DNA from: Auanema rhodensis
Lineage: Eukaryota; Animalia; Nematoda
Direction: 5' to 3'
DNA: 64,000 nucleotides
NCBI GenBank assembly: GCA_964057225.1
Contig: OZ059894.1
Span: 8,618,001-8,682,000 of the forward strand
Shown here: piece by piece, positions 55,179 to 64,000 of the stretch
Position numbering within the stretch: the first letter of the stretch is position 1
Layout: each line of letters opens with the position of its first letter
The notes under the pieces: model-generated
The model's database searches: none
What the model was told of the DNA's origin: nothing
The model's input: the letters and a program-made list of their open reading frames with translations, nothing else
Position numbers and translations under genes: made by a program

Positions 55179-58100
55179 CTATTGGTATGGAATCAGGTCA
55201 TTTGGGGTGACTGCTTCAATATTCTTTCCATAGTTGGAATAGAGCGAAGATTTATCTTGCTCATTATCCATTCCATAACCAGATTGCTCAATCTGAATAT
55301 TCATATTAAGTAGCAGCTTGATAAGCAATAGACATACTGCGTTTTCTGAATTCTTCGAGTTCACGCTGTTAGTAGAAGATGTTTGCTTCTTAGGATCAGA
55401 TTGAATCTTAAAATAATGAATGTTGTATCGTATTTGGAATATCACTTACTGGAGCAATTTGTTTTGTCTGCCAGAGTGGACGACTGATGGCAGGAGAGCT
55501 TACGTTTCCGGCCGAAGAAACACTGTTACGTAGATCTGCGTTCTCGAGCTTTCGAACTAATTCAGTGTAATTGGGAAGATTGTGGTTAGCTATAAATGCT
55601 TGTAGGTTCTAAACCAAATATACTATTAATGTTTGATACACTAAAAAACTTACTTCTGGGAGAGAACTGTCATGCTTAACGTTTTCGTTTTGATCAAGTT
55701 TACGGACACTGATTTCTAGCTTCGTTCCGCCATAACTATCACCATGGTTCGTAAGAGTAACTTCATAGTTATCAATTTGGAACCGTTGAACAGATCCTTG
55801 GCCAACATTAAAGAAAGTTGAAGTTTTTTCATTATATCCATTTCCTTGATTTTCAGAGCCATATGATCCCTGTCCGATGTTGTTTCCAGAACCGTATGAT
55901 CCTTGTCCGTTGTTGTTTCCAGAACCGTATGATCCTTGTCCGTTGTTGCTTCCAGAACCATATGATCCCTGTCCGTTGTTGTTTCCAGAACCGTATGATC
56001 CTTGTCCGTTGTTGTTTCCAGAACCGTATGATCCTTGTCCGTTGTTGTTTCCAGAACCGTATGATCCTTGTCCGTTGTTGTTTCCAGAACCGTATGATCC
56101 TTGTCCGTTATTGTTGCCAGTACCGGTTCCGATAGACCCAGGGATGGTAACACATCCAGCATATCCTGGACCACAACGTACTGTTGTAGGAGTACGAGTC
56201 GTGCCTGTTGATCCGGAACCAGTGTTAGAGCCATATGATCCTTGTCCGTTGTTGTTTCCAGAACCGTATGATCCCTGTCCGTTGTTGTTTCCAGAACCGT
56301 ATGATCCCTGTCCGTTGTTATTTCCAGCACCGTATGATCCTTGTCCGTTATTGTTGCCAGTACCGGCTCCATTGTTTCCACCGGTTCCGATAGACCCAGG
56401 GATGGTAACACACCCAGCATATCCTGGACCACAACGTACTGTTGTAGGAGTACGAGTCGTGCCTGTTGATCCGGAACCAGTGTTAGAGCCATATGATCCT
56501 TGTCCGTTGTTGTTTCCAGAACCGTATGATCCTTGTCCGTTGTTGTTTCCAGAACCGTATGATCCTTGTCCGTTGTTGTTTCCAGAACCGTATGATCCTT
56601 GTCCGTTATTGTTGCCAGTACCGGTTCCGATAGACCCAGGGATGGTAACACACCCAGCATATCCTGGACCACAACGTACTGTTGTAGGAGTACGAGTCGT
56701 GCCTGTTGATCCGGAACCAGTGTTAGAGCCATATGATCCTTGTCCGTTGTTGTTTCCAGAACCGTATGATCCTTGTCCGTTGTTGTTTCCAGAACCGTAT
56801 GATCCTTGTCCGTTGTTGTTTCCAGAACCGTATGATCCTTGTCCGTTATTGTTGCCAGTACCGGTTCCGATAGACCCAGGGATGGTAACACATCCAGCAT
56901 ATCCTGGACCACAACGTACTGTTGTAGGAGTACGAGTCGTGCCTGTTGATCCGGAACCAGTGTTAGAGCCATATGATCCTTGTCCGTTGTTGTTTCCAGA
57001 ACCGTATGATCCCTGTCCGTTGTTGTTTCCAGAACCGTATGATCCTTGTCCGTTGTTGCTTCCAGAACCATATGATCCTTGTCCGTTGTTGTTTCCAGAA
57101 CCGTATGATCCTTGTCCGTTGTTGTTTCCAGAACCGTATGATCCTTGTCCGTTGTTGTTTCCAGAACCGTATGATCCTTGTCCGTTGTTGTTTCCAGAAC
57201 CGTATGATCCTTGTCCGTTATTGTTGCCAGTACCGGTTCCGATAGACCCAGGGATGGTAACACATCCAGCATATCCTGGACCACAACGTACTGTTGTAGG
57301 AGTACGAGTCGTGCCTGTTGATCCGGAACCAGTGTTAGAGCCATATGATCCTTGTCCGTTGTTGTTTCCAGAACCGTATGATCCAGTTTTTGAGCCAGAA
57401 CCATTGTTAGATCCAGAGCCATTATTGGATCCTGAGCCGTATGATCCAGAGTTTGATCCTGATTCATAGCTGTTTTCTTCTCCATTGGTTCCTCCATTAT
57501 TAGATCCAGACCCGTATGATCCATTGTTTGATCCGGAGCCATTATTGGACCCAGAGCCATACGATCCAGAGTTAGATCCTGAGCCGTAAGAGCCAGAGCC
57601 AGATCCTGATTCATAGTTGTTTTCTTCTCCATTGTTTCCTCCATTAGTAGATCCAGATCCGTATGATCCGTTACTAGATCCAGAACCATTATTAGATCCA
57701 GAGCCGTATGATCCAGAATTAGATCCTGAGCCGTAAGAGCCAGTCTTCGAGCCAGATCCATTGTTAGATCCAGAACCATTGTTAGATCCAGAGCCGTATG
57801 ATCCAGAATTAGATCCTGAGCCGTAAGAGCCAGTCTTCGAGCCAGAACCATTGTTAGATCCAGAGCCGTATGATCCAGAATTAGATCCTGAGCCGTAAGA
57901 GCCAGTCTTCGAGCCAGATCCATTGTTAGATCCAGAACCATTGTTAGATCCAGAGCCATTATTGGACCCAGAGCCGTATGATCCTGAGTTCGATCCTGAA
58001 CCGTAAGAGCCAGATCCATTATTGGAGCCATTATTGGATTCGGAACCATAAGAACCAGATCCTGATTCATAGCTGTTTTCTTCTCCATTGGTTCCTCCAT

Positions 58101-59523
58101 TAGTAGATCCAGATCCGTATGATCCGTTGTTGGATCCAGATCCACTGTTAGATCCAGAGCCATTATTGGACCCGGAGCCGTATGATCCAGAGTTAGAACC
58201 TGAACCGTAAGTGCCAGTCTTCGAGCCAGATCCATTGTTAGATCCAGAACCATTGTTAGATCCAGAGCCATTATTGGACCCAGAGCCGTATGATCCAGAG
58301 TTCGATCCTGAACCGTAAGAGCCAGATCCATTATTGGAGCCATTATTGGATTCGGAACCATAGGATCCAGATCCTGATTCATAGCTGTTTTCTTCTCCAT
58401 TGGTTCCTCCATTAGTAGATCCAGAACCATATGATCCGTTGTTGGATCCAGATCCATTGTTTGATCCAGAGCCATTATTGGACCCAGAGCCATACGATCC
58501 AGAGTTAGATCCTGAGCCGTAAGAGCCAGTCTTCGAGCCAGATCCATTGTTGGATCCAGAGCCATTATTGGACCCAGAGCCATACGATCCAGAGTTAGAT
58601 CCTGAGCCGTAAGAGCCAGTCTTCGAGCCAGATCCATTGTTAGATCCAGAACCATTATTGGATCCTGAGCCGTATGATCCAGAATTCGATCCTGAACCGT
58701 AAGAGCCGGATCCATTATTTGAGCCATTACCGGATTCGGAACCATATGATCCAGATCCAGATCCTGATTCATAGCTGTTTTCTTCTCCATTGGTTCCTCC
58801 ATTAGTAGATCCAGATCCGTATGATCCATTATTAGATCCAGAACCATTGTTAGATCCAGAGCCATTATTTGATCCAGAGCCGTATGATCCAGAATTCGAT
58901 CCTGAACCGTAAGTGCCAGTCTTCGAGCCAGATCCACTGTTAGATCCAGATCCACTGTTAGATCCAGAACCATTGTTAGATCCAGAGCCATTATTTGATC
59001 CAGAGCCGTATGATCCAGAGTTAGAACCTGAACCGTAAGTGCCAGTCTTCGAGCCTGATCCACTGTTAGATCCAGATCCACTGTTAGATCCAGATCCATT
59101 TTTCGATCCTGAGCCGTATGATCCACTGTTGGAACCGTACGATCCTGAACCGTTTTCTGAGCCATAAGTTCCATCACCGCCACCATTTCCAGATTGATAA
59201 CCACTATCAACTGTGCCATCTGATTCAGAACCGTAGGAGGAAGGGATAGCAATTTCTCCATATGGAGATGGCTTGCCGTTTCCTTCTCCGTTTCCTGGTT
59301 TTTTTGTGGATCCACTGGCTAATCCATAAGAACCGGTTTCACTACCTCCATAGTTGTTCCCTGACTGGCTGCCGGGAGCGCCAGGAATTACACATCCGGC
59401 GTAACCAGGCTTACATGGTACAGTTGGAGTTCCAGGTTTTGGAGTGATCGCATTAGTTTCTTCCTCACCATATTGAGCCCATATAGGATAAATCAACGGC
59501 AGTAAAAACCATACGATCTTCAT
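55179..59523 (-). CDS. ~1400-aa secreted Gly/Ser/Asn/Tyr-rich repetitive protein; 3.87-kb first exon (59523-55654) plus 3 short exons
   Basis: Signal peptide MKIVWFLLPLIYPIWA, uninterrupted ORF, GSYGSGSN and GQGSYGSGNNN repeats, six CxPGYAGC motifs, spliced unique C-terminus ending ..DLIPYQ*. Confidence 0.88.
55860..59170 (-). repeat. Coding minisatellite: 33-nt repeats nested in ~240-nt higher-order units (55860-57385) and 18-51-nt Gly/Ser/Asn modules (57385-59170)
   Basis: Repeated CCGTATGATCCTTGTCCGTTGTTGTTTCCAGAA and GATCCAGAGCC modules. Confidence 0.95.
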
Positions 59524-61773
59524 TCCCCCGAAAAAAAATAATATTATGTAAACGAAACAATGTTGTAGAAAAAAAAATATTCATGAGAAAAAAATTGAAA
59601 CAGAATAAATAGAAGTTTTAACGAATAAATAACGATTCATCATAACCATGGTTTCTGGAGTACTACTCTTACTTATATAGTAATAGTTGATTCGAATTAC
59701 AGGGCATACATGATTATGCCCAATTTGGGTCAAGTGCAATTTCCAGGTATCGTTTATAGTTTATTCTACATTCTACGAAATATCATAGTTTGAATTACTA
59801 AAACTTAAATAGTCAATTACAAATGAAGTTTGTCGTAATGAACAGCCTCTTCATTAGTCATAGCTCAGAACGTTTTACCAATACAAACAGCACTATAGTG
59901 AAGTTGATTTCTCAAGCAAACACAGCTTTTCCTTGATCATAAACCAGCATATAATCTTTGACGACTTATTGGAAAACATCTTCATAAGTATTTTAAATCC
60001 TCTTTTGCTGAATCTCACATAATCAATTAAACGATATATTGACCAAGCGCCGTCTAAGAGGTAATTCGATTGCCAAGTTTCAGTACAGCTTTCCACATGA
60101 ACATAACGAACATAGTTGATCATACGACTTACACACTCACAATGAAATACTGAATCAAAGGAATGTCACCTTACTGTATACATTTATAATGATTAAAATA
60201 AAACTCAAACAAGAATGATGATTATTTTTAAATCCTTCTGAAAGCAGTTTTTTTTCTTTCATTTTTTATTCTTTTGATTTTTTTTTAAATTTTGTCAGCA
60301 ACCATTTCAAATAAACAAGTAACACTATTTTAAACTTTATTATTTTCAGATGTTATTTGGATTGAAAACAAGATTAAAAGTGTAATATTAATATAATATA
60401 AGCTAATTTATTCACAAAAGTATATTAATTGAAATAAAATTGTTATTTTGAAGATTATAATGTTTTTTTTTGTACCCATATATCTCACATATGTATCTCA
60501 TATATGTAAAAAATAAATGTATTTTAATATATTTATATTTATATAATAATATATAATAATATTAATAATGGTATATAACATACAGCTCAGATGATGAAAA
60601 CTACACATCTCCTGCTAAAGCATCAATTATTTTAATTTAACTATTTTTAAAAGATATGAACATTTTGAATTTGAATATAAAAATTTTGTAGAAAAAGCTG
60701 TGTTATTCTGTGTCATTCTCTTATCGAGATATCAGATTCATTAAATTTGATATAGATTTTCTAAAGAAACGATATCGTCTTTCAATCTGTTTCATCGACA
60801 TATTTATCTTTATGTATTAAAATAGTTGATTCAATAATTTTTATAAATATAACAAGAAAATACAAAGAAAAAACATAAAACAACATAATTTCAACTATTA
60901 CTGAGCATTAAAAAAAGAAAAATTATGCTTTGATAGGCATATGTCATTAAATTTCACGGCAAATTTTATGACTTCGCACAGTCTACTCTTCTAATGATTT
61001 TCATAACTTCAAAAACTAATTCCTAATTTTTATTATATTTTCTTAATGGTTATGATCTTTTTGATATTTTTGGCCATTTTATCACTTGGTTTAATCATTC
61101 GGATATGTATATATATACGCGTGAACATGAAGCTACCACCATGTTCTCTCCGAAGTTGAACCAGTAGAACCAAACCGTCTACTAACACATGCTTTGTGTT
61201 GTCTACTTCAGAGTACTGTCATCATTTTCTATGAAAATCCTTTGAGAATTTATAGAAATGAACTTAGTTACAGCTTAACCATTCATTTGTTTAATAGTTT
61301 ATGTAATTGATCCGTTTGTATCATATTTGATGAAAAGTTTATATAGACTTTATAATAATCACTCTGAATTCAAATGAGAACTAATTGTTTCAATTTTAAT
61401 TTTGCTAACAAATATTCCTTATGACAAAACTTCTCTTCACATATAATGAGCTAAATATTAGTGTATTCAAAAACGTGTATATCCACGATGTTAGCAGAAG
61501 ACATCATCTAGAATGTTTATCTTTTGCATACTTGCTACTCTCATCAAAATCCAGAACTCAAATATGATTTTTTCTGATTTTCGTTTCGATGTTTTATTGA
61601 CAAGTATCAAACACGAGTATATGATATCATTAGAACAAATATGTTAAAAACTATATGTATATAATCATATATAACGGATTTTTCTAAGAGCTTTACGTCT
61701 TTCACAGATAATTTTATGTAATTTCTTCCTGTGCTTCAATTATTTTCATAGTAATTATCATGTTTTATACAGA

Positions 61774-63735
61774 ATGAAGTCCGTTCTTGTCTTGGTTGCT
61801 ACTAACCTCTTGCTTGTCTCGGCTGGCCCAACAGTACATATTAATCCTGGAACCGTAGAGGGATTTGACTATCAAACTTCATCTGGATTAGACTCTGAAA
61901 TTTTTCTCGGAGTTCCTTTTGCTAAGCCACCAGTTGGTCCCCTTCGTTTTGAAAAGCCGCAAGAAATTGAAGCCTTCCCCAACAACTACGTGAACGCTAC
62001 TGCTTTCGGTTATGCCTGTCATCCTCACGCAAAGGCTGCTATCTCCTGGGAAGCCAACGAAGATTGCTTGACTCTCAACATCATCAAGCCCAAGATCGTC
62101 AGTGAGCCACTTCCAGTCCTCATCTGGATTCATGGAGGAGGATTCGAATTCGGTTCTGCTCACAACTTCGGATACAAAGGATTCGCTAACGTTTACAACC
62201 CACAAGGAATTATTGTTATCTCCATTCACTATCGTGTTGGTATTTATGGTTTCCTTTCTACTGGAAATAGCATCATTCCTGGAAATCTCGGACTTTGGGA
62301 TATGGCTGAATCTCTCAGATTTGTTAACAAATACATCTCTGCTTTTGGAGGAGATCCAAACAAAGTCACTGTTTGGGGACTTTCCGCTGGAGGATGTGCT
62401 GCTGGACAGCTTGCTCTTTCTCCTCACTCTAAGGATCTTCTTGCTGGTACCATCCAAATGTCTGGATCACCATTCTCTTCATGGGGATATGGAGCTACTG
62501 TTCCAGTTGGATCATGGCAGGTCATTAACGTAAGAAACATTTTATTTTGTTTATTACAATGAATAAATTTCTAATATTAGAATCTTGGATGTGGAAACAA
62601 CACTGATATCAAACAGTGCTTGAAGTCCGCTAGCGTCGAAGACATCTACAGCGCTACTGCTCAAGCTGGATTCTCAACTGCTGACCTTAACACTGTCAAG
62701 TGGGGACCAGTTATTGATGGGGAATTCATGTCTGATACTGCTGATGTTATGGCTGACCGTATCACTGTGAAAAAGCCAGCTCTTCTTGGACTTGGAAACA
62801 AAGATGGAGGATTCTTCAGTAAGCGACTATAAAAAATCTATAGGGCCTTCTGAAATTTTTTCAGCTCTCATGGGATTAAACCCCTACCTTCATCAAATGC
62901 ATTTAACTAACCAACAATTCGAGAACTTCAGCAGACAAGACCTTGTTAACACTATCCGCGTAAGATCTTTTCCGAAAGAATACTGAATACTCTGGTCTAA
63001 TTTCAGAAGCTCATCACAAAGGCTTTCTTCCCTAACAACCGCGAAAAAGTCATCAAGAAACTCGTTGACTTCTATGTTGACAAGGGCGCCAATAACTCAG
63101 TTGGATCCGGATTTTACGTTGACAGATACTCTCTCGTAGGAATGTACTTTAGAGCATAAGCTAAAAATCACATTTTAGTTTTTGAACGATATTTTCTTCA
63201 CCGTCCCAGCTTCTCAAGAATCTGACTACAGATCTAAAAAAGGATTCCCAACTTATGTTTATTCCATGGACCATTACAACGGTGTTATCTGGAAAGGACG
63301 TACCGTACCAGAAGAGGCTTACGGTTTGGAAGAAGTCAACAATCATATGAATGATACATATTTACAGGATCTGTTCACACTAACGAATATCCATATATGT
63401 TTGAGTTCTTCCAACTTGGAGCTTTTGATCTTTTCAACGACGAAGAGCGTCCAGTCACTGAATCCATCCGCCAATCTATCATCAACTTTGCTAAGACCGG
63501 GTAAGAATAATACTGCATATCTTAATATCCAAAAAACAAAACTTCTAGAAAACCAACTATCACTCGCACTAACTTCAAGACCTATGGTGGAGCTAAGAGT
63601 TATCTTTCCATTAAGCCTAAGATTGAAATGAAAAACAACTTCTACACTGAAGCTGCCAGACTCTGGAAGGAAATCACAAATCTCGGATTTGACGTCATCA
63701 CAATGCTTCAGCTCCGTCCTCTCCATTTCGAATAG
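61774..63735 (+). CDS. Type-B carboxylesterase (alpha/beta hydrolase), multi-exon
   Basis: Signal peptide, FLGVPFAKPPVGPLRF, EDCLTLNI, WIHGGGF oxyanion hole, WGLSAG nucleophile, GSVHTNEYPY His motif; ends ..LRPLHFE*. Confidence 0.95.
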
Positions 63736-64000
63736 ACAGCGAACTTGGGTATTATTAAATCATTCCAATGGTGATTATGACCATAATGATATTTATACGT
63801 CATTAGCTTGAATAAATTTCTAATATCTTACTATTGGTGCGATAACTACATAATATCCAAATTCAACAAACGATATAACTAGCATACAAAGACGAAACTC
63901 ATCATGAGATATATAGAATATTATCAAAATTTTCAGTGAGTTATAGACTTATGCTTTTATTCAAAAAAGAAAAAATATTATTTAGAAAACTCTATTAATG

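Noticed and set aside
55716-59315. 1199-aa alternate-frame ORF and 530-aa antisense PEPYDPCPLLF ORF as overlapping genes
   Set aside because: Stop-free by-products of the Gly/Ser/Asn repeat codons; only the 59523 frame has a signal peptide and spliced unique C-terminus
61888-63726. Antisense ORFs over the esterase
   Set aside because: Shadow frames from biased codon usage

Overview
AT-rich eukaryotic DNA, almost certainly a rhabditid nematode: short GT-AG introns, TTTCAG acceptors, a Ground-like gene and C. elegans-type tRNA-Pro. Bases 1-10.3 kb are a tandem tRNA-Pro array: 13 intact Pro(CGG) genes on + (unit ~243 bp) joined tail-to-tail to 2 Pro(TGG) genes on - with a related spacer. A ~6.3 kb composite interrupts the array (~3.0-9.27 kb). 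It consists of two diverged, oppositely oriented Ty3/Gypsy LTR-retrotransposon remnants: a decayed RT-RNaseH-integrase on -, and accessory ORFs plus a hairpin-rich putative LTR on +. Then follow spliced genes: jmjc-1/NO66 (-), rpt-2 (-), aps-1 (+), picc-1/CCDC85 (+), a 59-aa single-pass microprotein (+) and a Ly6/uPAR-like GPI protein (-). A ~15 kb stretch with no recognisable gene leads into a small Cys-rich GPI protein gene (+). The window ends with a Ground-like gene (-), a ~1400-aa Gly/Ser/Asn/Tyr repeat secreted protein (-) and a type-B carboxylesterase (+). Exon structures were read by hand and no database searches were run.
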